A stretch of 64,000 nucleotides of DNA, from NCBI GenBank assembly GCA_010909165.1, contig MU008218.1, positions 1-64,000 on the forward strand, written 5' to 3'. Every line of letters starts with the position of its first letter. The first letter of the stretch is position 1. This document shows positions 46,041 through 58,373 of this stretch, piece after piece. The notes beneath the pieces were generated by a model. It worked only from the letters and a program-made list of their open reading frames with translations. It searched no databases and was not told where the DNA came from. The DNA is from Anthoceros angustus (Eukaryota; Plantae; Anthocerotophyta). The position numbers and the translations under genes were made by a program.

Positions 46041-46325
46041 ACACCCCCGTTGACCATGCCGTTAGAAGCAAAACCAGAGTAATAAATCAGCACTAGATAC
46101 AGCACTAGGCCTCCAAGGAGCTTTCTTGCAAAGCAGTCAAGCCAGCTTTGTTACTCCTTCCCTGGTTGCCTCATTTGAGGCTTTACTTGGCGTGCAAGGT
46201 GGAAAATACGTGAGGCGTTACTTGCAAGGCATAATTCGTTCACTGAATGTAGACAGATAGCCGTCCCGATAGGTAGTAACAGGAACTCTCCTGAGTCTGG
46301 CGCTTGGGACATTGCAAGGAGATCC

Positions 46326-47489
46326 ATGGGGACGGAAACGTTTCTGGAAGCGTCATTCGAAGGCCTGAACATAGATTCAGCCTTTGTCCTGGACCCGGAG
46401 CACCGACCCCAGGCAGCTGCGGCTGCTGTCCCAAAGGCGACCTTTTACGATGATGATGATGTTCCAGTGATAGACATGGCACCCTTCTCCTCTGTGAGCT
46501 CAGAAGATGGCAGGGACTTTGGGCCGATTCAGGATGAATTGCTGCAGCAGCTGCTGGCGAAGGTGGGGAGGGCTTGTGAAGATTGGGGCTTCTTCCAGGT
46601 GATCAACCATGGGGTGGCGGGAGAGCTTTTGGCTGGCCTCAAGCGCGAGTCACAGGCTTTCTTCAACCAGGCTCTGGAGGAGAAGCGGAAGGTGAGGAGG
46701 AGCTTCGATAATCACCTAGGTTACTATGATGAAGAGCGCACAAAAAACGTTCGGGATTGGAAGGAGGTGTTCGATTACGCAGCTCGGGGGAGCCTGGAGC
46801 TTCCTGACCTTCCTTTGGAAAGTGAGGAGGATGGCACAACCACGACAGTGTTCTCGAACCGCTGGCCGGATCAGCCAGAGGGATTCAGAGCGGCGTTGGA
46901 GAACTGGGCCGTGGCGGTAGAGGCTCTGGCATTCAAGCTACTGGCACTGATTGCTCTCAGCCTTGGCCTGCCACCCCGGAAATTTCATGGCTTCTATGAG
47001 AATCACACTGCCTACATACGGTTGAACCATTACCCCAAGTGTCCAGCTCCTGATTTGGCCCTCGGAGTGAGCAGACACAAGGATTCTGGAGCTCTGACAG
47101 TGCTGGTGCAGGACGAAACTGGAGGCTTGCAGGTGAAGAGGAAGGATGGGGTATGGATTGATGTGAAGCCTTGTGCCGATGCCTTCGTAATCAATGTGGG
47201 AGACTGCTTCCAGGTTTGGTCCAATGATAAATACCAAAGCGTGGAACATCGGGCTGTGGTGCACTCCGACAAGGAGCGTTACTCCTTCCCTCTCTTTTTC
47301 AATCCTCAGCACTTGACGGACATCCAGCCAATTCCAGAGCTGCTGGATGCGGAGCATCCTCCGCGCTACAGCAAGTTCAACTTTGGGCGGTACAGGAAGA
47401 GCCGAGCGAACACGAATTTCAAGGTCATCGGGAATAGCATCGGAAACAGCATCCCTAACATCCAGATATCCGCCTTTGCCATCGTGTGA
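46326..47489 (+). CDS. 2-oxoglutarate/Fe(II)-dependent dioxygenase (DOXC class, At3g19000/At3g19010-like); intronless
   Basis: VPVIDM...ACEDWGFFQVINHGV; RLNHYPKCP; HKD...H; RYS. Confidence 0.95.
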   Translation: MGTETFLEASFEGLNIDSAFVLDPEHRPQAAAAAVPKATFYDDDDVPVIDMAPFSSVSSEDGRDFGPIQDELLQQLLAKVGRACEDWGFFQVINHGVAGELLAGLKRESQAFFNQALEEKRKVRRSFDNHLGYYDEERTKNVRDWKEVFDYAARGSLELPDLPLESEEDGTTTTVFSNRWPDQPEGFRAALENWAVAVEALAFKLLALIALSLGLPPRKFHGFYENHTAYIRLNHYPKCPAPDLALGVSRHKDSGALTVLVQDETGGLQVKRKDGVWIDVKPCADAFVINVGDCFQVWSNDKYQSVEHRAVVHSDKERYSFPLFFNPQHLTDIQPIPELLDAEHPPRYSKFNFGRYRKSRANTNFKVIGNSIGNSIPNIQISAFAIV

Positions 47490-47690
47490 TATGGTGTGCC
47501 ATCACTTAATATGGCGTGCTTAAGGACGCCCCTGGTTTCCTCGTGTGACACTGTTGGAGGAGCAGAAGACTACCATCTTCCTTTCTCCTTCCGTCACCTC
47601 ATATAATAAACTGATGAACTGGAACTAGAGATGTAAATGTTTCAATTACGATTGCTGTGTCCTTGCAATAAGTTGCGGGTTACAGTCCTT

Positions 47691-49244
47691 TCAAGTTGCA
47701 GCCGCTCCGAACAGTCCAGAGGCTTGGGCTTGAAGGACAGCATGCCGGAGAATAGATATGGTATCTTTGGGATCCTTTGACCCAAAGACTGAACTACCAG
47801 CAACTATGCAGTTTGCTCCAGCAGAAGCCGCTTTCTCAATCGTGGATGGACCAAGGCCTCCATCAACCTACAATGTTGTACCCGGGTGGTTAGTGAAACA
47901 CAAGCCTGCGTGCTTCCAGCAACTACTAGAAAGTATACCTCGATGTCCAGCGATGGATATTTCGAACGGAGGTCGCGAACCTACACAAGGTCAACCATTA
48001 CAAGGGCTCATCTGATAAACCTGTAGCAAAGACATCTGTCCACTTTTGGAGCTTGTGTGTACAATCCAGTGCTTGAGCAGACGGTTGACTGACCTTAGCC
48101 ATTATTTCGGGCATGAACTTCTGACCACCGAAACCTGGTTCTACAGTCATGACTAGCACCATGTCTACGCCTGCATCATCGATCTACACACAGAACCGAC
48201 TAACGTCAGCTTGTGAATAACTTAGTGTGTACTAGGCCGATCGCAAGTATAATCACAACGCCTCAAAGGGCAAGGAAACACTAAAGTGAGAGTTGGAACA
48301 TTACCAAAGCATAGACATCCTCCACAGGGGTACCAGGCCGCAATGCCACTCCAGCCTTCATGTTCGAGGCTTTGATCTTCTTCACCAATTCTTGCCAATT
48401 GTCTGAGATATGGCCAGTCTTCACACCTTTAAAGACATACATCTAACATGAACTGAGAACTGAAAATCCATCATCTCAATCACCTCGGGCTGCCTCAATG
48501 TGAAACGTGAAGGAGGAAGCCCCTGCCTTCGCAAACGGCTCCACATAATCTAGAGGATTCGTCACCATCAAGTGACAGTCCAAAAATGCTCTGCAATCAT
48601 CAGAAGGATACTCTTTTGTGAGCTCCGGAAAAACTGGCAACTCCTTGAAACAAGTGAGCCAATTCCAAACACTTACTCAGTATGCTTTCTCAGAGACTGA
48701 ACGACAGGGGCTCCCAGGGTTAGATTCGGCACAAAGTGCCTGCATGCCATCAAACTTCACAGATGAGCGGGAAGCGAATTCGTAACATGTAGCGACTAGT
48801 TGGTGGAGAGTGAGCTTAGCCTACAACAAGGAAGACAATGCTCGCAGCAAATCTAAAACACAACACAGAGAATTCGTTTTGAAGCACATGAACAAGACCC
48901 AGAAGTGCTTCAGCCCCAAGATCTCCTCAGCAATGAATGGAATAGAGATCTTTGCAATTACCCATCCTGCAACATCAACCCATAATCTCATAAGCGCCGT
49001 ACCAACCTGGAAACCGCAGAGTACTCATCAAAGACCTGCAAAACCAGTCTCCCTAATTCAATACAACAAACCTCTCCTGCATGTTAGGCAGTATCGCCCA
49101 TACCATGACGTCCATGTGCAGCCAATCCGCTCCACAGTCTATCATGAATTTAGCCTCCGACGCGAGGTTGGCAAAGTCGGAGGAGAGCATGGAGGGTGCA
49201 ATTTTCGGTGCCGGCAGCACGCCATCTCCTGCAAACCCCGCCAT
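47691..49244 (-). CDS. RPE: Cytosolic ribulose-phosphate 3-epimerase, multi-exon
   Basis: [18 protein letters not shown]...[10 protein letters not shown]; [10 protein letters not shown]; [13 protein letters not shown]; [14 protein letters not shown]. Confidence 0.95.
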
Positions 49245-49759
49245 CGCACGCAATCCCACTACCCACAAGCCCTCGGTATCTGACCAACGGCAGATTCAGC
49301 CGGCTACCTTGACTGCGCAATTCTGCAGACAAGACAGACAGTGGCCGGTCTACAGCTGAAGAGTGAACGAAATTGGAAATCACCTTAACGTCATGTGGCC
49401 CGCAGAAAGGAGATGAATTTGTACACGTGCCTCCTAGGTGGCATTCCGGTACCTCTGCCATACGACGGCTTAGGCTTTAGCTGATGTTGAGGAAAACTTG
49501 CCAAGGAAGACAAAAACCCATCTTTGCAGTTTGCACGCAACGCTCAGTGTTTCTTTTGTAAACTTTTGGGAATCGTTCCCAGCCCCAGGCAAAGTGCTAG
49601 TGGATTTGAAGCTCTGCGAGCTGGGGTTTTAAGTAGGGCTTCGTGACCCAGCACACGACTCCCAGGCAGGAAGCTTGGTTGCACCTTGTCGCCCTGACCG
49701 TCGGGTCTCCCTTTGTTGTCCTCTGGATGGGCTCTCCCCATCATTTTTTCCCTCTGTAA

Positions 49760-50713
<954 letters not shown>

Positions 50714-51674
50714 CATGGCCCTGCGTCCTGTGTGTGCCGCTTAGGGCGAAGCTATTGAGAAAGCAGCAGCGCCCGAGCTGCTGTTTTAGGTTATTGAAAC
50801 CGGCAAATCAATTTTGTTTGTACCAGCTCTATTTTTAAGAGCGGCCAGGTGTTCAAAAAGGTAAAACCGTGTTGTTGATGTTTGAACTTGCGTGTCTGTG
50901 CTTTCATCGCATGGCGCAATTCTGGCCGGTCCGTTTGGCTGTAAGTCTATGTGGTCCTGTTGTTACTAAGCAAGTGCTTGTTACATAAACTCGAAGTGAA
51001 CCGTTAGGTCCACTGTACAGACAAGACGCATAACATGCTCTTCACTTCGTGATTTTCCCCCAACTCCTGTCCCCAAAAGCTCGAGCACAATTTTAGGATT
51101 GGAGAGCCCTTGAACGACCGAGGCTCAAAGGACTTCAGAGTCCTTGGACCACAAAAGCTCGATGACCTAGTAGAAAATATTTCACTTGCAATAGGGAAGC
51201 TACGGCACTCGCTGAGTCCTTGGTTGTCGGAATCAAAGCTCTTTCTAGAGCGTCTGTATATGTACTACATGTAGGCAGCGCAAGTGTCAACTTTCAATCC
51301 ATCAGTGAATTTGGCGAAAATATTGTCCTTTGTAGTGCACTTAAAACAATTTTCGTCTTGTGGGGCTAATTAGAGGCAGACACCTTCACAGTTTCGACGG
51401 ATTGGGTCCCCGGGGGGGCATGCAGGCTAGTTTCTCTCACCAGCAGCCTGAAACTGTCCAGAAATCGTGACTGTAACTGCTGAAACGCGGGCAGCGTTAA
51501 CAGCAGCCGACCACTTGGCTGTCTGCACCAGTCGTCTCAGTGCTCCCGGCACCTCCTCTGTAGAGGTTGTGGTGTTGCACCTCCCCTGAGGGACGAGGTG
51601 GACGTTCCTGTCCGTCTTGTGAGCTTCGTTTTGCTTGACGGGATTCTTTTCAGCTTGCGCTCGGACCGGTTATC

Positions 51675-53043
51675 ATGGGAATTTTCTCCAACCGAGTGCC
51701 CAAGGAGGAGCTGCAACCCGGGGACCACATCTACTCTTGGCGCTCCGCTTACACCTACGCGCATCACGGTATGAGCATCCTGCCTGTCTGGAATTCCCTG
51801 CTTTTCGTTTCAGTGAACTTCTCTTGGTTTCTGTTGAGAATTTCTGGTGTTTGCTGGGGCTTTGTCTGACATGGGAGTATGGTTCGGTCCAATGTCGTAG
51901 TTGTTTACTAGGAGTTGCAATCTCTCTTCAGGAGATGTATGACTCCAACATCTGGTCGATTTGCGGAGCTGTGAGCTTGTTCCTTCTAGATAAATCATGT
52001 ATGTCTGCAGATGTGGCCCCCTCTCTCTGGATGGGTGCAAACGGTTTCTTTGATGCTGTCGTGTTTGAAATGCAAAATTTTGAGTCCGTTGACCCTTGCT
52101 ATGCAAAATACTGGCTCAGTGTATCAAATGCGTTTCGTGATGTTGAAATATGTTCTCTGGTTATAAAAAAACCCTAGTAGACCTGCAGATAACTTCTAAA
52201 ACACAGTTTCCCGGGGAGAGTGTTGTCCTGAGAGCTTACCGGGCGATGCTGCGGGTTTGTATTGCAATTTCTCTAGGTCTCTTGCAGCAGGAAGTGCTCC
52301 GTCTTGGCCCTGTCACTTATTGTCGGATTTGATATGCAGGGATCTACACTGGGGATGGGCAGGTCATCCATTTCACACGAGGACGAGATCAAGAGCTGGG
52401 AACTGGCACCGTCTTTGATTTGGCACTTTCTAGTTCTCGGCCATCTACAGCAGAGGGCCCTTGTGAAGTCTGTGGTGTCACTGGAGACTCTCATGGAATG
52501 GTGCTGTCGTGCCTCAACTGTTTCTTGGCAGGATTTCCGCTGTACCGGTTTGAATATAGTACCAGCGTTCCCGTATTCCTAGCAAAGGCACGTGGGGGAA
52601 CATGCACCCTTGCAGTGTCAGATCCTCCCGAGCTAGTGCTTCACAGAGCCAAGTACTTGTTCAACAACGGGTTTGGATGCTATCACATCTTCAGGAACAA
52701 CTGTGAGGACTTCGCCATTTATTGTAAGACTGGACTGCTCGTCATCGAAAGAAGTATGTTGGGACGAAGTGGACAGGCGGCATCCATACTTGGAGCCCCT
52801 TTTGCGGCAGTGGTTTCTTCTCCACTGAGGTTCTTGGTTTCAAGTTCATGGGGGATGGCCCTTGTGGCAGCAGGTGTTTATTGTTTTAGCAGATATGCCA
52901 CGGACATCGGTACAAGGCAAGACGTCTCAAAAGTGCCCGTCGAGGACTTGGCGATTAATCTAGGATGGTCCGTCATCGCGCCTCCTGCTAAAGAAATTGC
53001 TCTCACCGTCGGCACACAGATGGAGGAAGATGGTGAGGTTTAG
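51675..53043 (+). CDS. LRAT/NC-domain protein (LEAD-SENSITIVE 1/PSE1-like), copy 1, 2 exons
   Basis: [16 protein letters not shown]|[12 protein letters not shown]; LYRFEY; [13 protein letters not shown]. Confidence 0.92.
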
Positions 53044-53544
53044 GGTTGCTCTGTTTGAGGGAATTGGTAGAAGTGAAGGCAAGTAGGAAAGGATCTGAAT
53101 GTGGAAGTGGGAATGTTGTGTCCTTGCTGCAGGCTACGTCGGGGAGCTTGAGCTGCTCGATGACCACGGCAAATTGCGGTTGAGCTCAATGGCAGGCTCA
53201 ACAAAGGCGGACTTATTAGTCCCGGATAGAATATCGTGGTCTTCGAGCTAGAAGATTGGACTGCCAGGCTTCTTCCCTCCCGGCAGGTTCGTTTTCCTCT
53301 GCCCGTTTGTTTGAAGGTTATGCGTTCCTTGCTTCTGGAAACGGTGTGTCAGCCAGCTTTGTTTAGGGTCTATCAGTTACGGCTGAGCCTTGCAAGTTTT
53401 TGCTGCGCATGGATTGTTATCAGTCCATGCTCACATGGTGCTATTTTGTCTTGCAGTTCGGATACATCGTGCTCACAACGTCGGCAGGTATTATGGATCA
53501 TGACGAGGCACGTTGGAGGGAAGGTCCTGGAATTCTTTTATTGA
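53030..53544 (+). pseudogene. RPS15A duplicate lacking exon-1 coding sequence, with further deletions in exons 2-3
   Basis: Colinear with 50003-50713 including both introns, but 50012-50141 is absent. Small deletions near 53168 and 53508. Confidence 0.9.
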
Positions 53545-54187
53545 CCTGGTCCTGCGTCCTTCGGGGTGCCGCTCAAGGCAAAGCTGTTGAGAAAGGGGCA
53601 GTGTCGATTTTGCGGGTTCATTGTAACCAGGTCCATTATTAATAGCTGTGAGGTGTTGAAAAAATCGAACGGTGTTGTTGATGAGTGGATGTCTTGTGTG
53701 TCTGTGCTGGCATGATACGGTGTGCAATCTCGTCTAGCCTGTCGTCACTACCTAGACAAGTACATGCCTAGTCTAATCACACGACGGAATGAATAATAAA
53801 CACACCACGGAGTAACTTTCCATGGGGTACACGTAGCCTAGACCCAGAACGTTGTGTAAGACAGACATATGACCAGGTTTATGGGTCGCCGGCAGAAAAC
53901 CGAACAACCTCGAGGAGTTAGGCCCTGGAGTGCTCATGACCAGCCCTGAGACTCCCTAGAAGTCGTGAGTGTAAATGCTGAAAACGCGGGCAGCGTTTAC
54001 AGCTGTGATGAGGGTCGGTGCCAGAGAGTGCCGTTAAGATCACCTGGCTTGCCTGCATCAGTCCTCTTGTTGTTCCCGGCACCGCCTCCAGCGTGGATTT
54101 TTGTGAATCGCACCTCTGGTGCTGTGCATCTTGTGAGCTTCATTTGGCTTGACGGGATTTTTTCAGCCTGCTCTCCGACTGGTTATC

Positions 54188-55565
54188 ATGGGAATTCTCT
54201 CCAACCGACTGCCCAAGGAAGAGCTGCAACCCGGGGACCACATCTATTCTTGGCGGTCCGCTTACACTTATGCGCATCACGGTATGAGTATCTCGCTTGT
54301 CTGCAATTTTCTGCTTTCCGTTTCAGTGAACTCCTCTTGGTTTCTCTTGTGAATTTCTGGTGTTTGCCGGGGCCTTGCCTGACACGGGAATCTGCGGGAG
54401 TATGGTTAGTTCTATATGGTGGTTGTGTATTAGGATTTGCAATCTCTCTGCGGGAGATGTATGACGCTGACATTTTGTACATCTGCGGAGCTGTTAGATT
54501 GTTCCTTGTAAGATTAATCATGCAATTTTGCAGATGTGGTTCCCTCTGTCTGGATGGATGCGAACGGTTCCTTTGATGCTGCTGTGTTTTAAATGCGAAA
54601 GTTTGAATCCGCTAACTCTTGCCATAGACGATACTGGCCCAGTGTGTCCGAGTGTGCTGTGATGTGGAAATATGTGCTGCATTTTCTCTGGTTCCAAAAA
54701 CCCTAGTAGACCTGCAGATAACTTCTAAAACAAAATTTCGTGTGGGGAGTGATGTCCCAAGTGCTTGCCGGGTGCTGCGGAATTGTGTAGTCTCAAGGGT
54801 CTTTTGCAACAAGAATTGCTCCGTCTTCGCCTCGTCACTGATTGTCGGATTTGATATGCAGGGATCTACATTGGGGATGGGCAGGTCATCCATTTCACAC
54901 GAGGACGTGATCAAGAGCTGGGAACTGGCACCGTTTTTGATTTGGCACTTTCTAGTTCCCGGCCATCTACAGCAGAGGGCCCTTGTGAAGTCTGTGGTGT
55001 AACTGGAGACTCTCATGGAGTGGTGCTGTCGTGCCTCAACTGTTTCTTGGCAGGATTTCCACTGTACCGGTTTGAGTATGGAGCCAGCGTTCCCGTATTC
55101 CTAGCGAAGGCACGTGGGGGAACATGCACCCTTGCAGTGTCAGATCCTCCCGAGCTAGTGCTTCACAGAGCCAAGTACTTGTTCAACAACGGGTTTGGAT
55201 GCTATCACATTTTCAGGAACAACTGTGAGGACTTCGCCATTTATTGTAAGACTGGACTGCTCGTCATTGAAAGAAATGTGATTGGGCGAAGTGGACAGGC
55301 GGCATCCATACTTGGAGCCCCTTTTGCGGCAGTGGTTTCTTCTCCACTAACGTTCATGGTTTCAAGTCCATGGGGGATGGCCCTTGTGGGAGCAGGTGTT
55401 TATTGTTTCAGCAGATATGCCACGGACATCGGTACAAGGCAAGACGTCTCAAAAGTGCCCGTAGAGGATTTGGCGATTAATCTAGGATGGTCCGTCATCA
55501 CGACGCCTGCTGGAAAAACTGCAACTGTCGCAGTCCCTCTGGTGGATCTTGCTCGGTTGAGTTAG
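54188..55565 (+). CDS. LRAT/NC-domain protein, copy 2, 2 exons
   Basis: Near-identical to copy 1 except the C-terminus. Confidence 0.92.
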
Positions 55566-55782
55566 AGAGTGGGTTGAAGCCAGTTTTATGTGCTTCTTTG
55601 TGTCGGTGATTGTAGAATGAATTTGCGAAGGAGTATTAAATGTACGTAATACACCTAGACAAGTTTGTGCTGGTGAGGGCCATAACATATTTGCCCTCGG
55701 CGTTATCGGGATAAATTACGCCGATTGTGGAAGCATGAATTGTTTTGCCCATAATCCAAATAGAAGCTGACTTTGGAAAGCT

Positions 55783-57359
55783 TCAGGATAGATTTGAAAT
55801 CAAAACATCCTCAAATGCCTCCATGTATTCCTTGATATTCTTCCTAGAGAAGAGAGGTGACGGGAACATCACGCTACATCTTAGGCGGCCTTCTTCCAGG
55901 AAGTAGAATAATCCTAAACAGGGTCCAACACCGTGTGTTGAAGAGCTTATAATGCGGTCTTTCACCTGAAGAGCTGCCACCTCTGCACTCAAGTCAACAG
56001 CAGGAGCAGAGTGATCCAAGGAGACGAGAGCTGTTCGCAGGCTTCCATGAGGTGTCAATCCTGGGTGATGAATTGCCTGAACCATAAACATGGCCAAGAC
56101 GCCCATGTCTGTGAATTGCTTGTTGTTCTTGAGCAAATCATTGAAGTCCTTTGTGGATTTGGCGGCTAGCTGCCAGAAGTTATCCGTCTCTTTCACATGG
56201 GTAGTCTTCAGCAACGCAGAGTTGTAGAAACCTGCAGGTAGCCAGCAGATAATAGCGGATATTGACAGAGGGAGGTAAGCTGACAAGCTCGGTGTGAAAC
56301 TAAACAAACACAATACCTGCAGCATCCGCAGGGATGACAGGGTCAAGGCTGGCTCGGCAGTTGTGTAGAACAGCTGCTGCATAATGCTCTCCTCTGTTGC
56401 CTGTTTTTTTAACTTGCGCAGTAGCTTTCATCCAAGCAGCAACCAATACTCCATACAGATCTGTATTTTTCTGGGAGATGGCCTGCAGGGACGTAGAACT
56501 TCAGAAGGAGCACACTGTGAGGTCTGCTGCCCAAGCACATGTGTTACGACGCAGTGCATACCTGCAGCAGAATATCTGTGTGCTCTCGAGATAGCTCTGT
56601 CCGTATAAGACGGGTCTTACGGGCTTCCTCTGTATTCTCAAATGGGAGGTAGGCAAATCGCCTTGAAACCAATCCATACCCGAGGGCATCCACACCATGA
56701 GCCCAGAAGGGCTTCTTGGACTTCTCTGGAGGAACAGCACTTTCGATTGAAGGGAGGTTCCACTGTTCCACCGACACCCCTGTCCCCTCTGATCCCTCGG
56801 AGACTCGATTAAGTTTCTCGAATACCTCCTCAAGGTTGGCGCACTCCTGATATTGCTTCAGATCCCGCAACACCTGCGAGACTATTGCCGAAGTACCATG
56901 CATGTCCGACACCGCAGAGTGCAACCTCAGCAGCAGCAGGGTGTCCTCCTTCGGGAGATTGTAGATGCGCGCTTGGAAAACCGGCAGCGGCTTCTGCGCT
57001 TTATTCATCTCCTCCTCCACAATAGCCAGCCACTGCTCTGTCGCCTCATCATCATCAACGACAGCAGGATCCAGCTCACCGACCTCTGTTCTATCCAACA
57101 CAGCAACCTTTACATCAGGCACCTCATCGGCAATCTCAAACCAAAGTTGTTTCCCCTTCTCCACAATCTCCGCTCTACACAAGGGCTGCGAGGCCAGCAA
57201 GCTCCGCAGCGACGCTTCCACGGCTGCCAGCTTCAGGCGCTGCCCGAACAGGATTGCCACAACAGTGTACCCGGTGCCTCCCTCAACAGCGAGACACCAG
57301 TTGCTCTCTGTGCTCCCAAGCTGCCGAGAGGACGCAGTCCTAAACGTGAGCGACGCCAT
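55783..57359 (-). CDS. Condensation-domain / alcohol-acetyltransferase-fold protein (At3g52610-like), 3 exons
   Basis: RQLGSTESNWCLAVEGGTGYTV; LLRLHSAVSD; GFYNSAL; QFTDM; STHGVGPCLG; FPSPLFSR. Confidence 0.8.
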
Positions 57360-57925
57360 AGACGATCCCGTTGGACGAAAAATGAGCTCCCTTCAGGGAA
57401 TACTCAGTCCAGCTCAAATCAAGCCTCGCCCCTTGAGTGCAGCAATCAGCTCAAGCTCTTCAATACCGACCAGACATTATCGCTGCATCTGGCATCTTTC
57501 ACTCAGCGCAATGGCCGCTTCTGCTGCAATGTTCCATTCCCCGCATTCCTAAGAATACGACATCGGCAGCACCAAAGGAAGCTTGGCGTCTGTCTCTTCA
57601 GCTCTCTGGAATTCCGTCTCACAAAGGTTTCGTCTAGACTGTGGTTGCGTATATTCCTTCATTTCCTGCTGCTCATATAAAACTAGCCCGCGAAATGCGC
57701 TTGCCACATGATGGGATCTTCAAGTAGGGGCCAAAGGCACACGGAAACAAAAGCAAGTCTTGTACCGATGCACCGACCTTGGCATGAGTGCCACTTCCAA
57801 CTCTTCCGCCTAATCCGAGAGGCATCTTATAAGCGCTCCTGAGTGGGAGATGTGGTATGGATAGGCAATGTTCAGGATATCAACAAGCGAAATGTCGAGC
57901 GGACAGATGCCGTGTGAGATTATCG

Positions 57926-58010
57926 CCCCCAAATGCGTTCACGCTGATGGAGTGTACCCCAGAATCCGTTCACGCTAATGGAGAGCACCCCAAGATGCGT
58001 TCACCCCGAT
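57926..58010. repeat. Three imperfect ~31-bp tandem units
   Basis: CCCCA...T.CGTTCACGCT.ATGGAG.G.A repeated. Confidence 0.75.
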
Positions 58011-58183
58011 GGAAAGGCAATGGATGCTTCCCGAGATGGCTAGAGAAGGACATGGTGGTGATCTACTCCTGCAGACCAGGTCGTTCGAGTGGATGAACGC
58101 GGAGCTTGATGTTTGTCATATCGTTGAAGCAGAAGGAAAGGAGGAAAAGGAGGGCATCGGAAAGCGGGCCCGCCATTCTCTAT

Positions 58184-58290
58184 CTCTCCCCTCCTGAATC
58201 AGGCCGAGTGCTCATAGCAATTGTATAAGGCCCGCCGTTCTCTCTCTCTCCCCTCCTGAATCAGGCCGAGTGCTCATAGCATTTGTGTAA
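58184..58290. repeat. ~60-bp tandem duplication
   Basis: CTCTCCCCTCCTGAATCAGGCCGAGTGCTCATAGCA.TTGT.TAAG occurs twice. Confidence 0.85.
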
Positions 58291-58373
58291 GAATTTAAGC
58301 CACTTTTCGTCTGTGACCGTATTTCTTCTAGTTAACAGCCTTCAACATCATTGTCTAGCACAAGTTTCATCTT

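Noticed and set aside
57926-58290. Short repeats as a CRISPR-like array
   Set aside because: The units are adjacent with no unique spacers, only 2-3 copies, in a eukaryotic context with no cas genes.
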